The notes below the pieces were generated by a model. The model ran no database searches, was not told the DNA's origin, and saw only the letters and a list, made by a program, of their open reading frames with translations. Both the position numbers and the translations under genes were made by a program. 55,413 nt of DNA from an uncultured Gammaproteobacteria bacterium (lineage in GTDB: Bacteria > Patescibacteriota > Microgenomatia > Levybacterales > JACOYD01), in assembly GCA_964445095.1 (NCBI GenBank), contig CAYUJR010000001.1:48283-103695 (forward strand), read 5' to 3'. This document shows positions 17,827 to 27,571 of the stretch, in pieces; positions within the stretch are counted from its first letter, which is position 1; the number at the start of each line of letters is the position of its first letter.

Positions 17827-19409
17827 ACTGGCTTCATCATTCTATCATGCCATCTCCTGTAGAACAAAATTAATATAAGTAAAAAGGAGAGCATGCTGAT
17901 AACTGTAGCTATATTCCTTGTTTTAGTATTTTTTAATTTAATTTCTATTTTGCCGTAAGAAGAAGGCTTGACAAATTCGATTAAGCCATTCTTATTGATC
18001 TTTGTTTCTGTTTCTATACCATCTACAAAAACTTTCCAACCGGGAAAATAGGCAATGTTTACCTCTAAGGTAGTTTCTTTTTCTTTAATTTTGGCGGTAG
18101 CTTTTTCCAGACTGTCGTTAAACCAGACAGTATTAAAAGTGTTACCTGGACTATTGGTACCATCAATAAAATTTGAACGGCTAGTATAATAGTTATCATC
18201 TCTTAAATGGTAGTAAGCCGGCTTGGAGTATCCCCACCCTAGAAAAACTATTATCAATATGAATATCGGCAATAATAGTTTGAATTTCCAAAAATAAACT
18301 ACGCTTCCTCCTAAAAACGAACTAAGTAAAATTACCAGGCTTAAGAATCTCCAGGGAAATTGGAAATATTGCATTAAAGGTATTCTTTCCCAGATAAAAG
18401 AAGAGGCTGGTAACATCAAAAATATTTCTAAAATAACCCAGCCCAACATAAAAATGACCATGCTCGCGTATTTCAATCTGGCTCGTTTAATAACAAGGAG
18501 AGTAATACAAATTGCGAGAGCGATAAGATTAGCAATACCTATTTGAAAAGAAAGCCCCTCGGTGGTTAAGTCAGCTGAAAAACCCGATCCCCAACTGGGA
18601 AAAATTAGCTGATAAACTTCTACAAAATGCCGGGTAAAGTCGTATACTTCTAGACCACGAACATATTGACGCTCAAGGAGTGCTGGCAACCAAAATATGG
18701 CAGAGATACCAAGACCTAAAAGTATTAGATTAAAAGCATTAAGTACTAAGCATTTTTTGTCCTTAGTTTTATATATAAGAAAACCTATGTAAGAAATAGC
18801 AAATGGAATAAACATCAATGCCAGTATGTTGTGGGAAAAAATTACTAGCGAGAAAAATAATGATGATATTGGTAAAAAGACCAGTTTTTTTTCTTTAATT
18901 AACTTAGTTACTGACCATAAAAATCCTGGAAATAATCCCAGCGCCCAAACTTCACCCACCGAGCCTCTAATATAGATATCTAGAAAATGATAGGGTGAGT
19001 ATGTATAAAATATACTAGACGTCACTCCCGCCCAATTGCCCCAAAATTGCCTTGACCATAAATATATAAACATGGCACCCAGAATTGTGGCAATAAACAT
19101 TTCTAGTTTAAAAGCGTCAATAAAACTTACGCCCAAAAAATGTAGTAATGAGGCAACGTAGTTAGGTAGCGGGTAAACATAGTTAAAAAGCGGCACTCCA
19201 TAACCTTTGTTGAGATCAGGTGCCCAACGAGGATACCATTCTCCATTTTGCAGGGCTTGATTAAATTCGTAAAATCTTATCACATGGTACTCTCCATCGT
19301 GGGTTGGCGGAAGCCCTGGACGAAGAAGATTTCCTGCGGCAATAATTGTCAAAAAGAGAACGAGAATTATCCGAAAAATTTCCGCTGAATGAATTTTTGC
19401 CATAACCAT
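17823..19409 (-). CDS. PTPS-related/COG5617-like polytopic membrane protein (putative GT-C), paralog A
   Basis: PPTHDGEYHVIRFYEFNQALQNGEWYPRWAPDLNKGYGVPLFNYVYPLPNY N-terminal loop. C-terminal AYFPGWKVFVDG module. Paralog of 23202..24851. Confidence 0.6.
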   Translation of the reverse strand: MVMAKIHSAEIFRIILVLFLTIIAAGNLLRPGLPPTHDGEYHVIRFYEFNQALQNGEWYPRWAPDLNKGYGVPLFNYVYPLPNYVASLLHFLGVSFIDAFKLEMFIATILGAMFIYLWSRQFWGNWAGVTSSIFYTYSPYHFLDIYIRGSVGEVWALGLFPGFLWSVTKLIKEKKLVFLPISSLFFSLVIFSHNILALMFIPFAISYIGFLIYKTKDKKCLVLNAFNLILLGLGISAIFWLPALLERQYVRGLEVYDFTRHFVEVYQLIFPSWGSGFSADLTTEGLSFQIGIANLIALAICITLLVIKRARLKYASMVIFMLGWVILEIFLMLPASSFIWERIPLMQYFQFPWRFLSLVILLSSFLGGSVVYFWKFKLLLPIFILIIVFLGWGYSKPAYYHLRDDNYYTSRSNFIDGTNSPGNTFNTVWFNDSLEKATAKIKEKETTLEVNIAYFPGWKVFVDGIETETKINKNGLIEFVKPSSYGKIEIKLKNTKTRNIATVISMLSFLLILILFYRRWHDRMMKPV

Positions 19410-20518
19410 GCAAATACTATTAGGATAAGTGGGATAAAAGTAGTTGTTTCTCTGATAATTGGCGTTAAGCCGAAATAACTGCCGGTATAAAGAACCGGTA
19501 TGTATCTAGTTAAACTTGTCAATGATAATGCTAGAACTAAAATAAAAATTAAGGACTTCTTGGTAGTCAAAACTATAAACACCATCGCCCAAATAATATA
19601 CCATGGGTAAATTTCCTCTCTTAGGGGTGCTACTAAAATTACCAATATCATAAAAAGCGTGGAGATTGTGTATATTTTTTCCCAATTAATACTTTTTTTT
19701 AAAAAAGTCAGATAAATAATATAAGCAAAAACCGGCAGTAAAATGATGGTGGAATATTTGACGAGAATTGAGAGTGTTAACGCGATAAGGGATAGCATCG
19801 TTTTATTTTGCCCAATAAGATAGAAGGCAAGAAGGGCAAAAAACATCATTACAATATCATTATGAGCGCCAATTAATGTTTCAATTATAACTAGAGGGTT
19901 TAATGCAAATAGCAAAACAGGAAAAATATTCTTTGAAAATTTGTAGATTAGTACTAACGTACCAAGATAAAATGGGACAATTAATAATTTGAACATCAAA
20001 ATTGCCAAAACTACGTTATCAAAACTCAAGGTATAAGGAATTGAAGTCAACCCAATCCAAGAAGGACCATAAAGGGCTAGCTTATTGGCCGCTCGAGTAA
20101 AAGCTAAATTTGCCTCGCCTAAAAATTCTATCGGCATGACAACATAAGGGTTCTCATGATAAAAATAGGCTACCTTGGCCGTCAAAATGTAATTAAAAAT
20201 ATCATAAGAAAAAGCAGGATAGGATAACAGGAGAATTCCCACGGTTAATCCTATCAGCCATCTTAAATCTCTCATTTTTAATTTTTTATTTATTCCCCGC
20301 CATATAAAAAGACCATAAAAAATAGAAAATAAAGAAATTATGGAAATAAAAATTAATGTTGAAAATAGACGACTATGGAAAACTAGATCGGTAAGCGCAT
20401 TGTGAAAGTTTTGAAAAAGTGGATGCACCAAGAGAACCAGATTAGGGTCGACAAAACCGTAGGAGTAGATTGCAGCGACTACTAATAAGAAAGTGTAAAA
20501 ACTTATTAATAATTTCAT
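19367..20518 (-). CDS. DUF2029/GT87-like polytopic membrane protein (putative GT-C)
   Basis: 383 aa and about 10 TM helices. First loop is YDIFNYILTAKVAYFYHENPY, fitting the D..Y...NPY pattern. Confidence 0.45.
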   Translation of the reverse strand: MKLLISFYTFLLVVAAIYSYGFVDPNLVLLVHPLFQNFHNALTDLVFHSRLFSTLIFISIISLFSIFYGLFIWRGINKKLKMRDLRWLIGLTVGILLLSYPAFSYDIFNYILTAKVAYFYHENPYVVMPIEFLGEANLAFTRAANKLALYGPSWIGLTSIPYTLSFDNVVLAILMFKLLIVPFYLGTLVLIYKFSKNIFPVLLFALNPLVIIETLIGAHNDIVMMFFALLAFYLIGQNKTMLSLIALTLSILVKYSTIILLPVFAYIIYLTFLKKSINWEKIYTISTLFMILVILVAPLREEIYPWYIIWAMVFIVLTTKKSLIFILVLALSLTSLTRYIPVLYTGSYFGLTPIIRETTTFIPLILIVFAWLWQKFIQRKFFG

Positions 20519-21036
20519 TCTATATCCAATTCTTTCCCAAATTTAATTGCCTTATTGATGATTTCTCTAATTTCTATTTTCTTTGATTCACTTTTTTCCG
20601 GTTGCCAAAGAAAACTTGCCGGCAAATCCTGACTTAAACGTTCAAGTATCTCCTTATGTCTACTAATTGCGTTCCGGAAGAGTCTTTTTTTCTCTGTTAC
20701 ATTTTTATTTTCCTCTGCCGCTCGATTTAAATAAAAACTGGCTTTTGTTAAATACTTTTCATAGCTAGATAATGCTTGGCTAGCAAGTAAATATTGTTTA
20801 TATTCAAAAAGTGTTTTAGCTTCAACTAATTTTTTATCGGCTAGGCCGAGCTGGTATTTAAATTGAGCAAAGCTCCCAAAACTCCACCACTCTTGCATAT
20901 TGTCAATAAGTTCAGAAACTTTATATAGGGGGTGACCAGGCATAAATCCCGGATAGGGTAGCACATATTCCTGCGCAAAGGATTTTTGCGGTAAAAAAAA
21001 TAATAACATCAGAAAAACAAATATGTAACGCTTCAT
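20515..21036 (-). CDS. Secreted alpha-helical protein, DUF5667-like
   Basis: Start set to MKRYIFVFLMLLFFLPQKSFA-QE (signal peptide). PGHPLYKVSELIDNMQEWW resembles the DUF5667 N-terminal motif. The rest is coiled-coil-like. Confidence 0.45.
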   Translation of the reverse strand: MKRYIFVFLMLLFFLPQKSFAQEYVLPYPGFMPGHPLYKVSELIDNMQEWWSFGSFAQFKYQLGLADKKLVEAKTLFEYKQYLLASQALSSYEKYLTKASFYLNRAAEENKNVTEKKRLFRNAISRHKEILERLSQDLPASFLWQPEKSESKKIEIREIINKAIKFGKELDIE

Positions 21037-21044
21037 AAAACTCT

Positions 21045-21800
21045 TTACTGATATTGATTCTTGAGGTATCTCATGCATGCTGCTGGAAAACGAAGGGAAG
21101 AAAAAAAAGAAAAAATTAATCCCTGCCAGGAGTCCATAAAGCCTTTATGCTTCACGTAAGTTAATAAAAACCACCAAATTGGTTTAATAAATAGATAATC
21201 CAACAACATCAGAGGCCCGGGTTTATCTACCCGCAGTTCATCTCTAATAAGATTTACATAACGATTCCAGCGTAATAAATATCTGCTGAAAGTTATATCA
21301 GCCATATGAATTAGCGGGTTTTTAAGATAACCAACTTCACCCTCAACAACTGCCTGTTCATGAACGCTTTTTTGTGGCAATCTTCCTTTACCTCGCTTGT
21401 ATAGTCGGAGAGTATAATCGGGATAAACTCCACCCTTCATCAAAAATCTTCCTAAAAACCAATTTTTTCGTGGAATCCAATAACCAACGACTAATGACTG
21501 GTGACTAATGGCTGACTTAATCTCTCTGACAAGAGCTGGAGAAACTCTTTCGTCTGCGTCTAATTGTAAAATCCAATCCTTTGTCGCCATATCTATGGCT
21601 ATTTGTTTGTTAATATGAAAAATTGGCTTATTACTAACTACCCTTATTCTTGCTCCATATTTTTTGGCAATTTTAACGGTTTTATCAGTTGACTCCCCAT
21701 CAACAATAATAATCTCATTTGCTAAACTCTTAACGGAGGAAAGACAATCCGATAGATTCTTCTCCTCGTTATAAGTCGCCAAAACCACTGACAAGCTCAT
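21045..21800 (-). CDS. Glycosyltransferase family 2 (paralog group with 50396..51175 and 52724..53632)
   Basis: LSVVLATYNEEKNL, IIVDGESTDKT, QLDADE and GYWIPRKNWFLGRFL..GVYPDY. Confidence 0.8.
   Translation of the reverse strand: MSLSVVLATYNEEKNLSDCLSSVKSLANEIIIVDGESTDKTVKIAKKYGARIRVVSNKPIFHINKQIAIDMATKDWILQLDADERVSPALVREIKSAISHQSLVVGYWIPRKNWFLGRFLMKGGVYPDYTLRLYKRGKGRLPQKSVHEQAVVEGEVGYLKNPLIHMADITFSRYLLRWNRYVNLIRDELRVDKPGPLMLLDYLFIKPIWWFLLTYVKHKGFMDSWQGLIFSFFSSLRFPAACMRYLKNQYQ
21489..21516. repeat. Decayed heptanucleotide repeat homologous to the 53313 tract
   Basis: gactaat gactggt gactaat ggctgac. In coding sense, GCCATTA GTCACCA GTCATTA GTCGTTG aligns unit-for-unit with GCCATCA x4 of the paralog. 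Confidence 0.7.
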
Positions 21801-21809
21801 ATAATTGGT

Positions 21810-21815
21810 ATTATA
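21810..21815 (-). promoter_or_regulatory. Candidate -10 box inside the cluster (GT2 21045..21800)
   Basis: Minus strand TATAAT, then 9 nt to ATG 21800. A-rich upstream with no clear -35. Confidence 0.35.
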
Positions 21816-23235
21816 CCTTTTTTAATAACATTTTTTCTCCCGATTGATAAAGCACTTCAAACTTATATTGGGAAAAATATCCTCGTAGACTCTCCAGTTC
21901 TTCTCTAGTAGTAATAATAAATACTCTATCTTTCTGCAAAATTTTTATCCAATCGTCTTTTGGTTTAATCCACCAGGCAGTATTATGCTGATTTTCGCTA
22001 TAAACAGCATGAGTTTGACGTTGACTATAATAAACAATAGTGGGGTAATAATAATTGGTTAAATATAAAACATCATCTGCTGTTGTTAGGTCTCGTGCCG
22101 CCAGGGCCACTTTAGCCTCATCGCCTGCTATATCGGGTACAATATAATTATCACGATAAAAGAAAAGTTGTAGACTGCTAATGAAAAACGATATCATGAT
22201 AATGATAACCGTTCCCTTCTTTCCAATTTTTTTTCCCAAAACATTCAGGGAGTAGGCAATCGCCAGAGCGGTAATTGGATAAAGTGGCATAAGAAACCAA
22301 TTACTTTTATTTTCAGAGAAAGATAAGACGATAAATAAAGACACAAAATAAATAATGAGTATTATCTTATGACTATTTCTCCATTTAAGGAAAACGTAAA
22401 TAAACCCTGCAATAAATGGGATAAACCACAGTTTTAAGCCGCTCTTGAGATGCCAAATATATTCTAAGGAAAAGTTTTTCCAGAATAATGAAGATGTAGA
22501 AATTTTACCTAATTGATTAGCCAAAAAACTTTCAATAAATGGATAGCCATTATTCAAAAAAGTAAACAATACCCATGTTAAAGAAATAGCGATGCCGATA
22601 AAAATACTTCCTGTTAAAAATGGTAAATTGAGCAATCTATGTCTCCTCCTTGGAATAATATAGAGAAGAGAAAGAAGAGGAAATAAAAAAATAAGAGCTC
22701 CCTTCGTTAAAAAACCTAATCCCAATATAACTCCCATAGCTATAGACCATTTCACCAACTTCTGCTGATAAAATTTATAAAATGAAAGAATGGAAGCCAG
22801 AATAAAAAACGTGAAGAGCGCATCAAGATTACCAGTTCTTGCTCTAAATAAAAAGCCGATCGTAGAAGTAAAAACTATGAAAGCTAATATGGCAGTTGAT
22901 TTATTAAATAGGACTATTGCTAAAAAATAAAGGACAACGCCGGTCCCTAATCCTGCCATCACTGATGGTAGTCTGGCAGCAAACTCTCCCACTCCAAAAA
23001 CCTTCATCGTGGCTCCCGATAACCAAAAATAAAGAGGCGGCTTATCAAAAAATGGCTCCTTGTTCCAAATAAGAGTTGCTATTTCTCCATAAGCAACGTT
23101 GCGGGATATATCGGCATGCCAAGCTTCATCCCAATGAGTTAAATAATTGCTATCAAACCTATAGAAAAGAACGAATCCTAAAACAATAAAGAGAAAAAGG
23201 ATTAAGCCATTGGTTTTGCTAATAATTTTTTCCAT
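21811..23235 (-). CDS. ArnT/PMT_2-like GT-C glycosyltransferase
   Basis: HWDEAWHADISRN..PFFDKPPLYFWLSG..FGVGEFAARLPS is the typical ArnT/GT83-GT39 first-loop signature. Polytopic. Confidence 0.8.
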   Translation of the reverse strand: MEKIISKTNGLILFLFIVLGFVLFYRFDSNYLTHWDEAWHADISRNVAYGEIATLIWNKEPFFDKPPLYFWLSGATMKVFGVGEFAARLPSVMAGLGTGVVLYFLAIVLFNKSTAILAFIVFTSTIGFLFRARTGNLDALFTFFILASILSFYKFYQQKLVKWSIAMGVILGLGFLTKGALIFLFPLLSLLYIIPRRRHRLLNLPFLTGSIFIGIAISLTWVLFTFLNNGYPFIESFLANQLGKISTSSLFWKNFSLEYIWHLKSGLKLWFIPFIAGFIYVFLKWRNSHKIILIIYFVSLFIVLSFSENKSNWFLMPLYPITALAIAYSLNVLGKKIGKKGTVIIIMISFFISSLQLFFYRDNYIVPDIAGDEAKVALAARDLTTADDVLYLTNYYYPTIVYYSQRQTHAVYSENQHNTAWWIKPKDDWIKILQKDRVFIITTREELESLRGYFSQYKFEVLYQSGEKMLLKKV

Positions 23236-24851
23236 AAAGTGGGAATCCCCAAGAGTAATAAGATGTTCGCTAAGCTGATTAAATTAGCAACCAGTCTTAG
23301 TCTAGTTTCGCCAAAGATTATTTCAACCGAATGTTTTCCTCCGTCGACGAAAAATGTCACAAGTCCCCTATTGGCCGGATCTTGAAATTCAACAGCTACT
23401 TTTTTACCGTCAACTAAGACCTCCCATCCCGGAAAATAAAGAGTATTTTCTCTAATCCTAGCCCTAGTGATTACTCCTATTTCATATTGGTGATATGTTG
23501 AAGTTCTCTTCCCTTGTCTAATTAAAGCGTTTCCGCTGATAACCTCCATAGGCATCTCTGACTCTTTCTCCATAAAACGCACTGACCAAATGGGACTACT
23601 CTCTCCAGTATCAGTGGTACTAGAGTAAATACCCTTAAAGAAACTCTCGGGTTTTTTAAGATGGTCTTTCGCATGCCAATAATCTTTATTTACCAGCAGC
23701 AAAACAACAAGCAACAGGAAACAGGCAGCGAATTGAGCTTTCTTAGGAATTGCTGAAATTACCAGGCCTCCAAGAACAGCCGTAGTAAAAACGGTTACTG
23801 ATAGTAATCTCCAGGGAAATTGGAATTTTTGCAAAGTAGTCAAAGTTTCCCAGATGAATTGCGAGCTGGGAATCATTAGAAAAAGTGTTATTCCAAATAT
23901 CAAAAATAAGGCGGCTCCAAATATCCAATTTTTATCTCTTTTCTTATATAGAAGTAGCGTTATGGGTAAACTTAATAAAATCATTGACCATTGAACAATC
24001 CCCACCTGAACAGAAAACTGTCCGCTGATACCATAATTCCACGGACTAAAAATAAAATTTCTAAAATCAGCAAAACGTGAAGCATACTCTCCGGCTGTAA
24101 CAATATCCCGCAATGTATATTTACCTTCCAAAAAAGCCGGCACCCAGAAAAATGCGGATAATCCAAACCCTAAGACAGCCACTAACCCATAGCCCATAAT
24201 TAATAACCATTTTCGTTTTGATTGCCAGAGGAGAAATAGTGCATAAAGAAAAATTATAGGTAAAAACATCAGGCTGATGGCATTATGGGACAGGATTAAT
24301 CCGGCGAGTGAAAGTGCTCCGCCAACTATATGCCAGTAACTGTATTTTTTTGTTAGCTGCAAAAGAAAATAACAGACTAATGGAGGGAATATAAAAGCTA
24401 CATGCTCCCCTAGCGCACCACGAACATAAAGATCGATAAAACGATAGGGGGCAATTAGATAGAGCAAAGCGGATATAAAAGCTGCTCGTTTTCCTAAGAA
24501 TTCATTAATCCAAAGATACATTGTTAAACCGCTGAACATATATGTTATTCCAAAGACTAATTTTGTACTGTCAATTAAGGAAAAACCCAAAAAATGAAAA
24601 AGCGAAGCAATATAGGACGGTAACGGGTAGAGAAACATCAAGATGGGATGACCGTATCTCCAATTTAAATTGGCTGCCCATCGGGGAACGATATTCCCCT
24701 CGGTAAGATTTTGGTAAAAATTGGCAATGCGAGCCACATGATCCTGACCATCATGTGTTATCGGAAGGCCGGGATGTAAAAGATCAAAAAGCGGAATAAA
24801 GGAGAGAAAAATTAAAAAAACAAATAAGAGATAGCCATTCTGTTTCTTCAT
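23202..24851 (-). CDS. PTPS-related/COG5617-like polytopic membrane protein (putative GT-C), paralog B
   Basis: PITHDGQDHVARIANFYQNLTEGNIVPRWAANLNWRYGHPILMFLYPLPSY. C-terminal LYFPGWEVLVDGKK module. Confidence 0.6.
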   Translation of the reverse strand: MKKQNGYLLFVFLIFLSFIPLFDLLHPGLPITHDGQDHVARIANFYQNLTEGNIVPRWAANLNWRYGHPILMFLYPLPSYIASLFHFLGFSLIDSTKLVFGITYMFSGLTMYLWINEFLGKRAAFISALLYLIAPYRFIDLYVRGALGEHVAFIFPPLVCYFLLQLTKKYSYWHIVGGALSLAGLILSHNAISLMFLPIIFLYALFLLWQSKRKWLLIMGYGLVAVLGFGLSAFFWVPAFLEGKYTLRDIVTAGEYASRFADFRNFIFSPWNYGISGQFSVQVGIVQWSMILLSLPITLLLYKKRDKNWIFGAALFLIFGITLFLMIPSSQFIWETLTTLQKFQFPWRLLSVTVFTTAVLGGLVISAIPKKAQFAACFLLLVVLLLVNKDYWHAKDHLKKPESFFKGIYSSTTDTGESSPIWSVRFMEKESEMPMEVISGNALIRQGKRTSTYHQYEIGVITRARIRENTLYFPGWEVLVDGKKVAVEFQDPANRGLVTFFVDGGKHSVEIIFGETRLRLVANLISLANILLLLGIPTLWKKLLAKPMA

Positions 24852-26494
24852 AGACTTAAAATTTTAATGGCCTCTACTCCATCAAGATTATTAAAAGTTT
24901 TTAAGATAATCTGATTATTCGTAACCTCTTTAGCATTGACTACATATAAAACTTCCCTCTCCATGCTTTCTTTTTGTAGATCAACCGATCTAAACTCATA
25001 TTTTCCAAATTGATGACTTTCCGCAAACCCACCGGACTTAGTTCCTCCCTGCTTTTGATAAAGCAATGGATCGTAGTGACTATAGTATAAAAAAAGCATA
25101 TACGATTGGTAGAGATTATCTTTATTTGAGAAAACTATTTTCTGATAATTCTCCTCTCGGGAAAGAACATAAGGAATAGCTTTTGATAGTACATAATGAA
25201 ATGAATTGGATTGCTCTCTGGGAAAAACAATAAAATAATTTTTATAAAAAGTGACTAGGCTAATTAAGACAAGTAGCCCGAAGATAGTCAAGGTTATAAA
25301 TTGAAACTTTTTTAGCTTGGTCAAGATGTATACCAAGCCAAATGCAGCAAAAATTTGCCAAACGACAACGAGACTATAAGAACGCATGGCATGTGGAGTT
25401 TGGGTAGCAATAGCCGCTGGCAGAGGCGCCAAAAAAAGCCAAAGAAAAATCAATTTTTTTATCCTGCTATCCAAAAGGCGACTAAAAATAATAGCTAAAA
25501 ACCCTATAATTATTAGTGGAAGCTCCCATAAATAAAGCAAGCCCATATTGGGTACTTTGTGCGGCTGGGCTCCAGAATTAGCAAATAGCCATTCGGGTTT
25601 AAAGTGAGAAAGATATCCCTCCGCCAATACCTGGAATTGAAAAAAATATTTGTTATAAACTAGGGTGCCAATAATATCATTGTTATTAATGGCATTACTC
25701 CAAAGCGCTAAACGCTGGTTAAACCTTTCCAGGTGTGCTTCCGGTCTAAAAACGCTGGTACCTTGAAAGCGGATTAAAGCCTCGGGAGAAAATATCTCTT
25801 TAAAAATAGGAATAAGTAAAATCGCTAAAACAAGAAAACTAATTATTATCTTTTTATCCGATAAAACAAACGCTAGTAGTTTTTCCCTGAAGATAAAGAA
25901 TAAACCTATTACAAACAACGGTATGAAAGCTTGCCCCGAATAATAGCTAATCAGGGAGAGAGTAAAGAAGATTATTGAAAACAAAAGTCGTAACTTATCC
26001 TTTTGACCTTGCAAGAAAAACAGAATTCCAAAAACCAGGAAGGCCAAGCTTGCATTAGATTCATGCCCAAGACGAGAAATATAGATATGCCAGGGACTAA
26101 TTGCCAATAAAAATGAGGTAAGAAGTGCGAAATTTGAAGAGAAGACTGAACGTTTCGAGAATAAAGATAGCGCAATGTGGTAGGTTGCTAGAATAGTTAG
26201 AATCGACAGAACGACCGCTGGCAGACGAACTGATATCACATTTAAATCAAATAAGGCTACGAATGGAACGACTAAATAAAGATATGTTGCTCTTCTCCAG
26301 TCATCATAAGCGCGGTGAGACAGAATAGGCAACTCTTTATATTCATCACCGCCAGTTTTTAAGAGAGAATAGGCATTGTAACCAATTGAGGCTTCATCCA
26401 TGGAAGTGCTGGGAGGAACACTCCCCAAGCTCCACAGCCGTAGAATTGCCGCTAATACCAGTATGGCAATTAAAATAATTAGTTTTCCCTTCAT
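24848..26494 (-). CDS. GT39/PMT_2-like GT-C glycosyltransferase, paralog A of 5
   Basis: LRLWSLGSVPPSTSMDEASIGYNAYSLLKTGGDEY..VRLPAV first-loop DE motif. Polytopic, with a C-terminal soluble domain (GGFAESHQFGKYEF). Confidence 0.75.
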   Translation of the reverse strand: MKGKLIILIAILVLAAILRLWSLGSVPPSTSMDEASIGYNAYSLLKTGGDEYKELPILSHRAYDDWRRATYLYLVVPFVALFDLNVISVRLPAVVLSILTILATYHIALSLFSKRSVFSSNFALLTSFLLAISPWHIYISRLGHESNASLAFLVFGILFFLQGQKDKLRLLFSIIFFTLSLISYYSGQAFIPLFVIGLFFIFREKLLAFVLSDKKIIISFLVLAILLIPIFKEIFSPEALIRFQGTSVFRPEAHLERFNQRLALWSNAINNNDIIGTLVYNKYFFQFQVLAEGYLSHFKPEWLFANSGAQPHKVPNMGLLYLWELPLIIIGFLAIIFSRLLDSRIKKLIFLWLFLAPLPAAIATQTPHAMRSYSLVVVWQIFAAFGLVYILTKLKKFQFITLTIFGLLVLISLVTFYKNYFIVFPREQSNSFHYVLSKAIPYVLSREENYQKIVFSNKDNLYQSYMLFLYYSHYDPLLYQKQGGTKSGGFAESHQFGKYEFRSVDLQKESMEREVLYVVNAKEVTNNQIILKTFNNLDGVEAIKILSL

Positions 26495-26497
26495 TGA

Positions 26498-27571
26498 TTA
26501 AGAAAACAGCTTTACCAGTTTAAGAATTCCCATTTTAGGTAAGCTTCTATTTTCGGAAACACTGCTTGAGCCAATTACCGTAAATTTCCCTTTATTTTCT
26601 TTATACCATTGGTAATTTTCTAAAAATGTCTCCACATTGGTCTTTTTAGGCTTCCAACCGAACTTCTTTTTTATTTTATTGGTATCCATGTAGAGGGAGC
26701 GACCTAGCATGGTATATTGATAGACTCCCAGAGGCGAAGTATTCAACTTATCAAGAAGGGATAATAGAAAAAGTAAAGGAGCTTTGGGTAATGAGATTAT
26801 TTTTGATGTGCTTGTGGCAAAATTAATTACTTTTTGATAAATCTCGCGCAGTGTGAGAATCTGATCGGCACCAATATTATAGATATCAAAACCGTTTATG
26901 TAGCTTGCTTTTTCTAGTGCCGTAGCTACATCCATCGCATCAACAAATTGATACTTATTTTCTCCATCTCCCAAAAGATAGATGTTCTTATTTTCACTGA
27001 TAAACTCGAAAAGAATTGCTTGAAGTCCTAATCTACCAACTCCAGTAATGACCGGACAGCGAAAAATCTGGATATTGATGTCTTTTTTAAATCTAGCTAA
27101 CTCCTTTTCCGCCTGCGCCTTACTCCTGCCATAAATCTCGAGGGGTTCTAGTGGAGTTTTTTCTGTAACGGGAAGAATAGACGCAATACCATAGGCTACA
27201 TTGCTGGAGGTAAAAATAAAGGATTTAGCTTTATTTTTTACTGACTCTTTTATAATGTTTCTGGTGCCAAGGACATTAGTTTTCCAAAGAATATCATCTG
27301 AAACTGCTTTATTGGGCATAGCTGATGCTAAATGATAAACTGTTAGAAAAGGGCCGTACATCTTAAAAACTCCTCGCACATCTTTTTGGGAAATAATATC
27401 GCCCTTGACATAGGTAACACTACTTTTAAAGTTTTTTGGCTTGTGATATTCAAGTTTATCAAAAACGACTATTTTATAATCACCCTTACGTAATAAATAC
27501 TCGACCAGGTGCGACCCGACAAAACCTGCCCCCCCCGTAATAAGGATTTTTTGCTTTTTTATACTACTCAT
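26498..27571 (-). CDS. NAD-dependent epimerase/dehydratase (extended SDR)
   Basis: ILITGGAGFVGSHLV and YGRSKAQAE (YxxxK). Confidence 0.8.
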   Translation of the reverse strand: MSSIKKQKILITGGAGFVGSHLVEYLLRKGDYKIVVFDKLEYHKPKNFKSSVTYVKGDIISQKDVRGVFKMYGPFLTVYHLASAMPNKAVSDDILWKTNVLGTRNIIKESVKNKAKSFIFTSSNVAYGIASILPVTEKTPLEPLEIYGRSKAQAEKELARFKKDINIQIFRCPVITGVGRLGLQAILFEFISENKNIYLLGDGENKYQFVDAMDVATALEKASYINGFDIYNIGADQILTLREIYQKVINFATSTSKIISLPKAPLLFLLSLLDKLNTSPLGVYQYTMLGRSLYMDTNKIKKKFGWKPKKTNVETFLENYQWYKENKGKFTVIGSSSVSENRSLPKMGILKLVKLFS

